Source: Malacoraja senta (taxonomy: Eukaryota). Taken from it: a stretch of DNA of 64,000 nt. The stretch is from positions 15,872,001 through 15,936,000 of the forward strand of contig CM075989.1 in assembly GCA_038087875.1 (NCBI GenBank), read 5' to 3'. The notes below the pieces were generated by a model. It saw only the letters and a list, made by a program, of their open reading frames with translations, was not told where the DNA came from and did no database searches. A program made the translations under genes and the position numbers. Below, piece after piece: positions 51,301 to 64,000 of this stretch. Each line of letters opens with the position of its first letter. Positions within the stretch are counted from its first letter, which is position 1.

Positions 51301-54300
51301 TGTACGATAGAGCTAGTGTTCGAGGTGATCGCTGGTCGGCGCAGACTTGGTGGGCCGAAGGGCCTGTTTCCGCGCTGTATCTTTAAAGTCTAAAGTCTAA
51401 AAACTACTTTTGGAGTTCTTGTATTTTAGTCATTTAAGAGAGACCTTCTGATGATTAGCCTGAGCAAAGACTAGCTTCAAACAATGTAGGCAAGGGCTTC
51501 ATTTCTACTAATCAGGCCCAGCATGCACTATAAGCATTAGGAATGTAGAAGCAGTTCTTGGTGAGAATGCTCTGTGGGAGGGCTGTCTCACATTGATAGG
51601 ATGGGAGGAGAGAACACTGGCTATCTTTTACCATCTCCCATCAATCTGTTATGAAACTGGGAATGTAACTTGACATTTTGTTATGGAACAAAATACTTGC
51701 ACCAAATGTTTGCACTCTTGTGACTCTTCAATTGGTCACGAAATTTACATATGGCAACAGAGCAAGCTTGGGGCACCAAAATGTTTATTTTCCTTCTCTG
51801 ACAGCTTATCTGTGGGGCACTTCTCCATCCCAAATGTTTGCTGACTTCCAGAACTTGGGAATCTTTGCCACAATAACATACAAAATTATAACTAACTACA
51901 TTGGAAGTAACATTTTACATCGCTTGATTTTAAGTTTCTGATACCTTGATATTCGACTACATTTTAACTTAGTAGTTTGAACAAAATAAGGGCATTGTAT
52001 CATCATTCTGACAATTCCTAAGCTGATTTTAAATGATTCCAGGAGAAAACAAAGTACCTGTTACCCTGACTCTCATTTCTCAATATATAATTCCGTCAAG
52101 TAGATTTCATGCCTTTTCATTTTTGTTGATCAAGTAAAATGCTCTGTATTGGAAAGTGTGTCAGTATGCAGTCACAACCATTTCAGTAAAAGCATGTGAA
52201 GCACTTTGCAATGCTAACAGCCAAAGCTGCTGCTTTACAATTATGAGTCTTCCATATGACAGCCTTGATCTAACGGTGGACAAACGCTTAAAACTTTGCA
52301 AGACGTTTTTCTCTCTGCTATCTTTTAAGATACATGTAAAGCTGATATCTTTAATAGAGCTTAATCCCCATTAAAATAACAACACACAGTTCCCTGATGT
52401 GTGGCTGTAAATATGTGGTTCTCATAGGAAGAGCTACCCATATATAATGGTGTATAAGCAATACATATTACACATGGTTCTAACATTTTTTTCTACGAAC
52501 ATATTCATTAAAATACTGGAGAAAATGTTAGTAACAGCACTATGTTATGCATTTGTGTGTTCCTATATATATAAGTGCTTTTGTTTGAGTGTGTGTAGGT
52601 ATACATTACTATCTATATACATATCTATATTGCAATATTCAGGAATTTTGCTGTTCCATTCCTGAAAGGAAAATCATGTTATCAAGAGAACGTCCCCTCA
52701 TCAAACAGAGGAGATAACAGGAATGTCACCTTCATTTGCAACAGCTCCATTTGGCCCAATCCCCCTCCTTGGCAATGATGAATCACCAGCAGTCTCCCCA
52801 CCTTCGCCCGTTTGATCTCAGCTCAGCAAGACTTAGTTTTGATCTGAAGAGCTGCAGATCACATGGGTCAGAGACAAATAGCAGACCCACTGACCTGCAC
52901 AGTGGTAGAAGATATAATTTAGGCCAAAGCGATAAATATACTTCTTGAACTTTCTCTGCCCATAATCTCTCGATACATTTATGTTGTATGCTTCTCATTG
53001 CTCTACACTTTACTGAATTCATACAACTTTTAACTTTACAATTTTACATTGTTTTACAACTTTACAAGTTTAAGGCAGAGATAGATAGATTCTTGATTAG
53101 TACAGGTGTCAGAGGTTATGAGGAGAAGGCAGGAGAATGGGATTAGGACGGAGAGATAGATCAGCCATGAGTAGACTTGATGGGCTGAATGGCCTAATGC
53201 TACTCCTATTCCTTATGACCTTATGAACTGACACGTGACATTCATTTAGGTGTTGTATTTCCTGTGAATATTTCTTGCTGATAAAAGTACTGCGTACATA
53301 CTTTTGTCATTTACAAATGTTTTGCTAAAAGATTGATTTTTGCGTAATTAATTAAAATAAACACCTCGACTTAAATGGAATAAAAGTGATGATAGTTATA
53401 GTGTAAGTACCAGATACAAGAGGGCACTGGAATGCTGTTGACTTCATCTGTGCTTTAAAAAAAAGGAAAAGAAAAAATCCTGACAGCTCAAAGTGATTAA
53501 CCTTTACATGAAGCGAGGCATGACATTTTAGCTAAAAATTTCAAACAAAACGCCCGCAGTTATGAGATAAAGGTGTGAAGTTACAAACACCAGCTCCAGC
53601 ATCAACCTGAAGCTTTCCACAATGAATGGTCCTTTCTTCTCCTGCTCAGGACATCTATCTCTTTCCCCCGCTTGAATCCTTTCACAAATTTGATATAATG
53701 ATAGCAAAATGTGGAGGAAAGCTCATTACTACTCAGGATTTACTGTATGCTCAATAGATTGAACTTTGTGACACGAAATCACTAAATGGCTGGAACCACC
53801 AGCAATGCTTTCATTTGTGAAATGTATCACCCAGACAGTGCAAATACTTATCAACATGTGGAGGTGTGGAAGGCCATATTAATTACAACCAACACATGTA
53901 GCCTGATAACCAGCCGTCCTTTAAAGAAGCTTCAATGAACACATACTGGAGAAAGTTAATTCCCCGCAACCCTTTGGTCTTCCCTGGAATACAATATCAC
54001 ATCAATTCTATCCATTTAGTGAGGTTTAAACTCTCTAGAGAGGTAAATGAAGTTTAATGTTGTTGTTATTCCAGGTTCGCTGCATCCACTCCCCCTGAGA
54101 ACTGCCTGGGCAAACAGCTGGGAGACACAACTACAAAGACCCCTACTCACACAAGCCACTTTGTGTGGAAAGGAATAGGTCATTACTCAGGAATAAGTTA
54201 TCAAGGAGTTGTTTGTCTAATGAGACATTCATGCCTAAGTAGAAAAGAAACATTTACTCAAAGAAAACATGCCTGAAAATTAGCTCCAATTTGTACATGG

Positions 54301-56639
54301 TCAGAGTGTGAGCCCATTACATGGCAAGTGTCAGATTTCCACCAAAGCAATTTACTGCTAAAAACACTTGATCTGTGACCATTATCCAATTCTGAAATGT
54401 ATCGCACTTCCTGCTGGAACTATAACAAGTAAAACACGTGAGGGGTTTCAACTATTACTCAATCTATAAAAAAACATCTATTTTCATCGAGTTTATTAAC
54501 AAATGTGAACATTTGCTGACTGTTGAACGATTTTACGTGAAAATATAACAATGCTCTGTAACAGATTATTGTGTGCCTTGAAAATAATTTCACGATGTTT
54601 TTTTTAAATCACTTTCGCCAGCTGGAAGGAAGTGCAGAATAAGGCTTGTTCCACAACTTTTAATTTGCCAACAGGGATGCAATTGGCAAGAGGGCTGTGC
54701 CAGCTTGGAGCTCCATAGCATTCGAGTGTTGTGTCAGGACAATCAGTTCAGTAATAAATTTAATCTACTGCAGGTGGACACAAATGGCTGGCAGAGTTGA
54801 GATTTAGTTACCTAGTCCTTTTATTCTACCATTCTTCCTCCGTTCCAAACTAAAATAGTGCCAGTAGAATGAAGAAGTAAGTAAGGGTGATGTGTCAGAT
54901 TGAGTGCCATTAGAAAATAATCATTACATGTACTTTATGTGATTATCCTGCTTAAGTCATTAAGAAATTTGTCAGACTATCTATTTTGTTGTGGAAGCTT
55001 TCCTTTCGTTGCTACCCACTGTGACAGCTTCATCACCAAATAAATGGTAACATCAATTCCTTATGCAGTATTTTTGGTGATTGGTTAATACTAATTTAAA
55101 TAGGTTAATAGTTTTGTTAAAGGATTACACACAGAAACATGATGAGAATTGATTGTCCATTAACAGTAGGGTATAACCCCTTTTTAAAGCAAGAAGAGCA
55201 ATGATTTACACGGTAGTATGTCTCAAGGTCAGAACAGATTTTGAGGCTGAGACATCATTAAGAAAGCTCTCAGGTTATGATAGAACAGTTTATGCCAACG
55301 TTTCAGCTCCTCAGTAAGCTGCCATCTTGTAATGGATGTATCTAAGAAGACAAATGCAAAAGGCATTTGCCTTTGGTTGAGTGTGCCAACAATCCCTCAG
55401 AGTGTTTCATTTTGAAGGAAAGTGCAAAGAAGTGATGACAATTTATGGAATTTCATTCAATACTCTGAAAAATGAGATGACTCACATGTATTTAATTCCT
55501 GTGATTTTCTACTGGTTTGCTCAACTCTGATGTAACAGTCGCATGTGTAACACAGTCCTGGTGCAACAATGCCCAACTCCCACAGATCCTAAAACCTATA
55601 TCTTTGCAATCCCATGGATTACTCAGTCTAGTCTCACTCAACCTATAATTCCAGGGTGGCTTCATCTGGAAATTTTCTGCTTAAGAAATTTTATGACTTG
55701 TCCATATCATGACATAACCTTGCAGTTTATTTCCAGAAAATTACGTCTCATCTTGATTTTCAGACAATGACCATTCCTGATATTACCCCAGTGAGTCTAT
55801 GAATGTATCCAGTAAATTATGGATCAGCTCCTGGTCTGTGCCACATGAAATGCTAAAGAAGCTGATGCAATGAAATTGGTCCCAGGCTGGGAAGCAAAAA
55901 TTAGCCAGCATTCCCACCACTAATCACTATTCATTGACTTCTGCTTGAAGTGTACATATGTGATGTCAAGTAAAAGACGAGATCAGGGTAACGTGTGATA
56001 CCCCTGCGGTGAATGGCTGACAAATCTCACACATGCAGTGAGGCTACTTGCTGGAGACAGCAGAGAACAGCTTTCCACCCACAGAATCAAGTTACACAGT
56101 TATTGAATAGAATTTAATCTTCATATGGGGCAGTTTTGAATCCTTTTGAAATGTAAAATAATCTAAAAATGCTCAATCTGTTTTCTAGTCACAGCTGCCA
56201 GAAGTGACACCCACTTGTTCTTCGAAAGGGAGATGCATTGATCATTATAGAAAACAGAGCCAAATCTACCATGTATTTTATGTTCTGTGGAGCATGAAGA
56301 TATTAAATAAGGATAGATCCATTCCACCTGATATCATGAGGGGAATAGAATGCAGAGTCTTTTACCCAGGGAAGGGAAATCAAGAACCAGACGACATCGT
56401 TTAAGGTGAGAGAGGCAAAATTTAATAGGAACCTGAGCGGCAACTTTTTCACTCAGATTTTGGATGATCAGCCATGATCATATTGAATGGCGGTGCTGGC
56501 TCGAAGGGCCGAATGGCCTAATCCTGCACATATTTTCTATGTTTCTGTGAGTTATTACAAGACTGTCTATGAACACATCCAAACTTATCCCTCCTTATAT
56601 GTTCATGATTTTCAATCACTGCAAAGACACAGACAGAAC

Positions 56640-56953
56640 CAGTGGCGGACTGGCCAGGGTGTCAGCTTGCCCGATGACAAGTGGGCCCCTGATGAAGTGG
56701 GCCCCCTATACAAAGTGGGCCCCCTGATGAAGTGGGCCCAGGCTGGGAAGCCCCCTGATGAAGTGGGCCCCCTATATCAAGTGGGCCCCTAATGAAGTGG
56801 GCCCCCTATACAAAGTGGGCCCCCTGATGAAGTGGGCCCCCTATATCAAGTGGGCCCCTGATGAAGTGGCCCCCCTATACAAAGTGGGCCCCTGATGAAG
56901 TGGGCCCCCTTTGTCTCCTGGCAACCAATATTTTTAGACCCAGTCCGCCACTG
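56640..56953. mobile_element. Duplicate of the hAT MITE
   Basis: Copy in the duplicated block, 1 bp longer. Confidence 0.88.
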
Positions 56954-59900
56954 GACAGAACTATTTCGATATCTACACAATTATGTAGGATTGCTTCTGC
57001 CTGTGCAGGCGGATGTGTCCCTGTGTGGAGTGGAAACAAGGACGTTCAGGTGCTGCTCTTCCTATCCATACATGCATGTACACATACATGCACACACACA
57101 TGACTATCCATCTGTCCTTGGCCAAACACAGGTCTGCCTCTCCATGCGCAGAATTCTGGCCGTGGACAATGAAACTTTAGACAATTCCGTACACGTTCAC
57201 TGCTGCCTCCGTGTACACGCGGAGTTGGAACCTCGCATCTTCGCAATCAGCCTCCAACAATTGGGAAATCGCATGTTTCGACGGTAAAGCGATTTCTGCG
57301 CTCGCTTTAAGTAACAGCAGGCGGGCATTCTCCACATGGATTTACACCTCACACCTTGTCAAATCGCGGAGTGTAAATACTGTTGCGGGGCAAGGTTAAC
57401 ATCCGTGTCCAACAATTTGAGCCCCGCGCCACGCTAAGCGTGTGTGGTGTGAATAACTGATCAAGGGCTGGGAAGTTTGCGAACACTTCTCCAGTGCCCG
57501 ACCTCGCTGGGGATGCAGCCTCCGACTGCAACCTTGCAACCTACATACACTAGGTGCGGGTACTGCCTTATTATTGCTCTCACTCTGGGCTCAATAACTC
57601 AATCGACAAGATTCAGAAGGAATGGGTGAGTCTGAAGAAGGGTCTCGACCCGAAACGTCGCCAATTCTTTCTCTCCATAGATGCTGCCTGTCCCGCTGAG
57701 TTACTCCAGCACAACCAGCATCTACAGTTCCTTCCTACACGCCAAGATTCAAACCTCGTTATAATGTGCTGCAACGTTTATGCGCGGGTAGCAGCATCCC
57801 AGAAAGCAGTCACTGTAGTAGATTGAGCACACAAGGAACGGTAGATGCTGGCATCTTGAGCAAATCACACAGTGCTGGAGGAACACAGCGGGCCATGCAG
57901 CATGTGTGGAGCGAGTGGACGGGCCCGCTGAGTTTCTCCAGCACCTAGACAATAGACAATAGACAATAGGTGCAGGAGGAGGCCATTTGGCTCTTCGAGC
58001 CAGCACCGCCATTCAATGTGATCATGGCTGATCATCCCCAATCACTACCCCGTTCCTGCCTTCTCCCCATATGACTCCACTATTTTTAAGAGCCCTATCT
58101 CTTGAAAGTATCCAGAGAACCTGCCTCCACCGCCCTCTGAGCAGAGAATGCGGTCAATAACTTTTGCGGTCGATAGAGCAGGTTTTTAGGGAACCCTCAA
58201 ATGCAGAATTTGGTGCTTCCAGAATGAAACACGTCTTGGGATATTTACACCACCGGCCAAAGATTGGCAAAATCTTGAAAAGCAAGATTGCAAATAAGTA
58301 TCTATTTGCAACACGCGGTGCTGCAATGAAGCAGAGCCTGTATCAGGGCCGCCTCTCTCTCTCTCTCTCTCTAGATCCGACACTCTCCCTGTTACTCCAG
58401 GCCCAGCCTCAGCGCAAACCAATATACCCTGACGTAGTACCAAGGAACCGCAGATGCTAGTTTACACAAAAGGACACAATTCGTTGGAGTAACTCAGTGG
58501 GACAGGCAACATCTCTGGAGAGAGGGAATGGGTGACGATTGGAGTATGAAGAAGGGTCTCGACCCAAAACGTCACCTATTCCTTTTCTCCAGAGATGCTG
58601 CGTGAATGACTCCAGCTTTTTGTGTCTATCTTCGGTGTAAACCAACATCTACAGGTCCTTCCGACACGCGGATAGGTGACGTTTCGGCTCGGGACCCTTC
58701 TTCAGACTGATATGCCAATGTACCGTGACTTCGATTCACCATTTAAGATCTCCACCCATGTTTTGTTCGTGCAAATATTTCAGGGCCCTTGAATTATTTT
58801 CAGTGTCCACCACCCCCGTCCCGTCAAAGAGTCGTGGAGAGTTGCAGACAGTTCCCTTCCACAAGTATACAAGTTAATCATTAAACGCACTCCCGACTTC
58901 ACAAGCCACCGCCCCTTCCCGGAAAGAGAATGGCAAATCATCGGCACGTTACCATATGGCGAGAAAGCAAGGTTTCATTACCAATTAGATCTAAAAAAAA
59001 ATCCCGGTCTCACATTACAAACCTTGCCTCATTTCAGCTGTTTGTTTTTCTTTATAATAAGTCGGAAAGTGGATACTGCATTAAAGGGCCGGCTGGGGAT
59101 GATTCTATCCCCAAACCACTAAATAGCCATAAATCTCACTCACTCCCCGTAGAGACCCGATGGTGTGCACGAGAAAGGGCCCTGCAGACTGCACGGTGTA
59201 CAGAGATTACTCTTGACAGATCTGCGCCGATTGCCATTTAATCGCCTTGCAAAAAGGTGCGATTCACATTTTATTTCAAATAATAAATTGACATGGAGAG
59301 GTTAATGGATTTGGAAATCCTTCACACCGTCGCCAATCCTGGACATGCCATTGATCAATAATTTCAAAGGTTTTATTGACAATCCAATGCCAGCAAAACA
59401 AACGAGCAACTAAAATGAGAAAGAAACGTTTTAGCTTCTTTGTGACTTTAAAGCTGCACGGATAGTTTAAAAAAAACTAAACGCACATACCCGGAATGAG
59501 GATTCCTGGATCAAACTGTGTAGGGAGGGACTGCAGATTCTGCTTTACACCGAAAATAGGCACAAAATGCTGGGTTAACTCAGCGGGACAGGCAGCATAT
59601 CTGGTTGGAAGGAATGGGTGACGTTTCGGATCGAGACCGTTCTTCAGACCGAGTCTATCTGAAGAAGGGTCTCGACCCGAAACATCACCCATTCCTCCTT
59701 CTACCCAGAGATGCTGCCTGTCCTGCTGAGTTACTCCAGCATTTTTGCGTAAACCAGCATCTGCAGTCCCTCCCTTCAACCAGAGGGACAGGATGTCTAT
59801 GCTGGGTAAAACTGGCAGAGTAGAGGTGCGAATGGCAACAACACGGTGAAGGACGGGGCGAGAGGTCCCTGGGGCTGGAGCGCATGATCACAAACTGCGG

Positions 59901-60595
59901 AGAAGCTGCCGGCAACGCGACCGGTCTCCCGGGACAACCTGGTATCAATCGGCGCACACCACACAGTCAGGATCCCTCGCTATTGCCCAGCCTTGCTCTA
60001 CACCTGGAACCTCTCTCCTCCCTCTCACCTCACCGCACTTCGCCACAGAGTGTCCACTTTCAACATCTACCAACTTTCTTTAAAAAAAACAACCAAAACA
60101 TCCCATTTTCCGCACGGCGACACTGTTGCGTCCAGCGGTCCCGTGATGAAGTGACTCCACGCTCCTGTTTGTCAGTTTAATTCCCCGCTGAAGGTGTACC
60201 TCAGGAGAGAGACCCACCTGCTGCTCCTAGTCAAAGCAATAAACAGGAGGCGAGAGCTGGTTCCGTGTGAAAGGTGAGAAGATGGGTGAGAGAGGGTGAT
60301 GTGTGGGCAAGGAGTTATCTATCAGTGCCCTCCGGAATGGGTACTCGCCCCGCCGGCTGCCCACCGGCCAGGCTGGCTCTGGAAGATTGTTCCCCACTTG
60401 CCCCCTCACCTCCCCTCCCCTCCCCTCCCCGCCACCACCGGACCCTGGCTAATTCAGAACGACCTGACCCCAGCAGCGGAGCCCCGCTGTATCGTGTACC
60501 GGTAACATAACACAGAGCAGCGAGCGAAGGGAGATGCGAGGAGGCGAAGCGCCGCAAAACTCGTCACACCCCGCATAATACAAAACAGCACCCAC

Positions 60596-60712
60596 CTTGG
60601 TGTGTTTGATCTCCAGGTTTGAAGTGGGAGACGGCAGCAGATGGAGGGAGGCGATGAGAGCCGGCGGGTCCGCCTTTAGCTCGCTCGGGAACTCAATCTC
60701 GCTGGAAGTCAT
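60596..60712 (-). CDS. ALDH1A2: Second, sequence-identical copy of ALDH1A2 coding exon 1 (inside duplicated block; possibly an assembly artefact)
   Basis: Same 117 nt, ATG at 60712 and donor at 60595 as 31170-31286; offset 29426. Confidence 0.8.
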
Positions 60713-60806
60713 GTCTGCCGTCAGTCCCAGCTCACACACGATGCCCGCTGCTTTTTCTACTTTTGCTGATCGGAGATTGTGGCTCGTCCCGGGCGCCTGG
60801 GCTTTG

Positions 60807-60847
60807 TTTATAAGCAGGTGTCAGTCTGTGTCTCTCTCTCTTATTGG
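60807..60847 (-). promoter_or_regulatory. ALDH1A2: Duplicate TATA/CCAAT promoter
   Basis: Identical to 31381-31421. Confidence 0.65.
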
Positions 60848-63800
60848 GCATGAGCTGGGAAAGGGGGCTGGGCCGATGAATGATATGCTCAAAAAATAAG
60901 ATTCAACAGTCGGGCTCTTGCCATTTGAATGCGGGGCTAACTCTCTCGCCTGGACCATTAGCGACACCTCGAATTATGATCCTGTCACGAGGAGCACTTT
61001 ATCTCTGCGTCTTGTGTCACTGCCCGGTCGCAATAAGCGAGGACATGAGAGTGCACAGTTCATCTCACCTGGAACCGCCCTGAAACGCGGAGATCAGGCG
61101 TTCATACCTGTACGGGGGGCTGGGTAAAGAGTTGGGAACAAATCGCTGACTTCATTCTATAATACAGTGTAACCACTCAGGCAATAACCCCTTACTTACA
61201 CTCCAAACACATCGGCGAGTGCCACCATCTAGAAACCGAAAACAAGTGGCAGATATTGAAGGTATTGCCACATATATCCTGGTTTCAATTGAAGATGAAT
61301 CCCTGTTCATCTATCCGTTAGAGCGACGCAGCGATTTTCTAGCCGGCTACTTTTCACTTTTATTTTGGTCTCTTAATACAGAAGCAGATTCCAAGTAACT
61401 CTGACAATCTGTCTGTTCTAGTCAGCGTTTACTTTCTACAGGGAAAGGCAGCGGGTTTTGCTGTTAATTCCACTTCGCTATTTACAATTCGTTTCTGGAC
61501 ATAACGTTGCAGACAGATCGATAAGAAATACCCTCCTCTGCGTTATGCTTTTTCCCCCCTGGTTAATATATTATTGTTGGAAAGCGGTTCTGTTTAGACA
61601 AGAGGTTTTGATAGAACGACATACACCAGCGTTATATTCCGTTCAGCGAGACGAGAGGACATTTGGTGGGACCCATTAGTTGGGTGAATATGTTTGGAGC
61701 GGATCCCTCTTCTCGCAGTGAAACTGTCACATAATCTAAACTGAAACCTCTCCCAGACAGGAGAACCGACGGCGATTCCGGGCTGCGGACCGATCGCACA
61801 CTTTTCCCACAGCCTCGAGACATATCCGCCACTTTTACACAGCTGGGATTTCTCCTTGCCAATAAAAATCCAAGCTTTATGTATACAAAACAGCTTTTGC
61901 GGAACGAAGCAGGCGGACTGGTCCAAAAGAAACGCGCTTTTCACAAAGGCAGCAAGAAAGTGCGGTGAATGTTTTGGACTGTCCAGTCTAACACTTCAAG
62001 TCCGCCTCTTGCCCGCTGCCTTACAGCTGGCGGGAACTCCCTCGGCCGTTCAATCCGGTATCAGCTTATCCTCTCTTGTTCATTTCATTCATACATTCAC
62101 ATATACAGTACACTCGGGCACGCCGCCGGACATGAACTATCCCCACCGTTATCTGACTTCCCGCCAGGTCATTACATTACCCGCGTTCGCTTCCCTTGGG
62201 TATGAGAAGGTGCGATTTGGGTAAGATTAAAGTGTGCCTGGTCTAGTGAATCGGGTCGGCGTTTAATCTTAAAGTGACTCGGACAAACACACAATAAGGG
62301 CAAGACCCCCTTTCGTCACTTTGCTGCTTGGGGGGTAATCAACTTAAGGTAGGAAACGAACGCGTTGGACGTGCGGGCCATTTATTTTAAGCGACAAGTG
62401 GAACCTTGGCTGCATCTCTGGAGAGAAGGGATGGGTGACGTTTCGGGTTGAGTCCCTTCTCCAGACTGTGTCAGGGGAAAGGGAAACGAGAGGTATAGAC
62501 GGTGGTGTGGACAGATATATCCGTCTGAGAAACCCAATTAAGGCGTGATAATAATGATTCTGATACGTGTAATAGTTCCGATGTACAGTGACGGGGCTAT
62601 TACTATAAACCTATTGCAGTGATCCAGGAAGGCACGGACCTGCTTGCCATTTTCAACAAGAAACTGAGTAAGTCCCAGTCTAATGCGTATTACTGATGAC
62701 CAAAGTCTCAAGACGTTAACATTCGGGCTTCGAGGAAATGACACATCTTTAAACTTTGCGGCGGATCAATAGATCATTTTACAATTGAAATGACAGCCTC
62801 GACCCCCCCATTGGACACCATTCAAGAAATTAGCCTAAATCAACCCGTGTTATCTCTCAATGTCTGAATGGGTACCCTTTCTTTAAAAAAAACTGTTTTC
62901 CTACACCAGAGGTTTACATCAAAGTCCTTAATTCCCGAAGAGACTGACAGTGATTAATGTAATCAAAACATCTAGCCCTCGAGTCATTACTTTAAACACA
63001 GACAAACAAGAACTCACATGCAGTTAACAAAAGCAAAGCGTTGCCTGCTCCGCCGGCTCACGTTGGGACCCGAGGCAGTGCTCCCTCTGCTGGCGGCTCC
63101 TGGCTCCGTGTTCAACCGACCCGCTACACAGCCAGCTCCAATGCAACGCGAAATCAGGCGGGAGCGTCAACAATAGTTGCTAACCCGACCTCCGTATAAC
63201 AGGGAGGCTATTGTTCAGGTGTAGGAAGGAACTGCAGATGCTGGTTTAAACCGAAGATAGACACAAAAAGCTGGAGCAACTCAGCGGGTCAGGCAGCATC
63301 TAAAGAGAAAAGGAACAGGTGACAGCATCTCTGGCGAAAGGTCTGATGAAGGGTCTCGACCCGAAGCGTCACCTATTCCTTCTCTCCACAAATACTGCCT
63401 GACCCGCTGAGTTAGTCCTGCATTTTGTGTTTATCTTCAATGTAAACCAGCATCTGCAGTTCCTTCCTACTCAATTTCAAGACTTAAGTCAAGAGGGTTT
63501 CGGCCCGAAACGTTGCCTATTTCCTTCGCTCCATAGATGCTGCTGCACCCGCTGAGTTTCTCCAGCATTTTTGTGTACCTAGGAACAGGTAATAATAATA
63601 ATAATAATAATAATATATTTTATTGTCATTGCACGTCAGTGCAACGAGATTTAGTATGCAGCTCCACCGATGTACAAGAAAAGTAAAATAAATAAATAAG
63701 CAAGCTGAGTGACGTGACCATCCGAGGGAGACTGTCCAGTGGGGTGGGTGGGGGGGTCACTCAGCAGGGCCAGTTCAGAGCCGCTATAGCTCTTGGAATG

Positions 63801-64000
63801 AAGCTGTTTCTGAGTCTGGAGGTTCGGGCGTAGAAGGCCTTGTAACGTCTGCCGGAGGGAAGTAGTTCAAAGTCCGTTACAAGGGTGTGATGAGTCCTTA
63901 TGGATGCTGACGGCCTTCCTGAGGCACCGTGTGTGGTAGATGCCCTCCAAGGCTGGTAGCTCTGTCCCAAGGTGACATTTCGGGTCAAGACCCTTCTTCA

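Larger units (their letters stand above)
42977..64000 (+). repeat. Near-identical direct copy of 13562-34574 (>=21 kb, runs off the window)
   Basis: Starts ATGGCTTGCATTTGAGG immediately after the gap (=13562). ORF-track offsets are 29414-29427 throughout. Confidence 0.98.

Noticed and set aside
60596-60712. A second ALDH1A2 paralogue
   Set aside because: Identical exon 1 with no exon 2 of its own, adjacent to a scaffold gap. It cannot be called a gene duplicate without read evidence.

Overview
Vertebrate genomic DNA, most likely a cartilaginous fish (skate/ray-type repeat landscape: V-SINE/HE1-like SINEs, CR1 LINE 3' ends, Rex/Babar tails, very abundant Penelope-derived repeats). The only host gene I can support is the 5' end of ALDH1A2 (RALDH2, retinoic-acid synthesis) on the minus strand: a TATA/CCAAT promoter in a CpG island, coding exon 1 (31170-31286), a ~29.3 kb intron 1 and coding exon 2 (1736-1840). 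Exon 3 onward lies off the left edge. After a 200-N gap (42777-42976), 42977-64000 is a near-identical direct copy of 13562-34574, giving a second exon 1 and promoter (60596-60712). This is most simply an uncollapsed haplotype overlap, but the differences between copies are oddly clustered. The most notable non-obvious signal is a large family of ~180-400 bp Penelope-derived inserts. Most carry a minimal hammerhead-ribozyme core (CTGA[A/T]GA-A-GGGT-loop-ACCC-GAAAC-GTC), several are folded back on themselves, and at least seven have their own 12-16 bp target-site duplication. Two hAT non-autonomous DNA transposons are also resolved, one with perfect TIRs/TSD and an internal minisatellite. Almost all ORFs in the supplied track are spurious. 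All repeat-family names come from by-eye recognition, not database searches.
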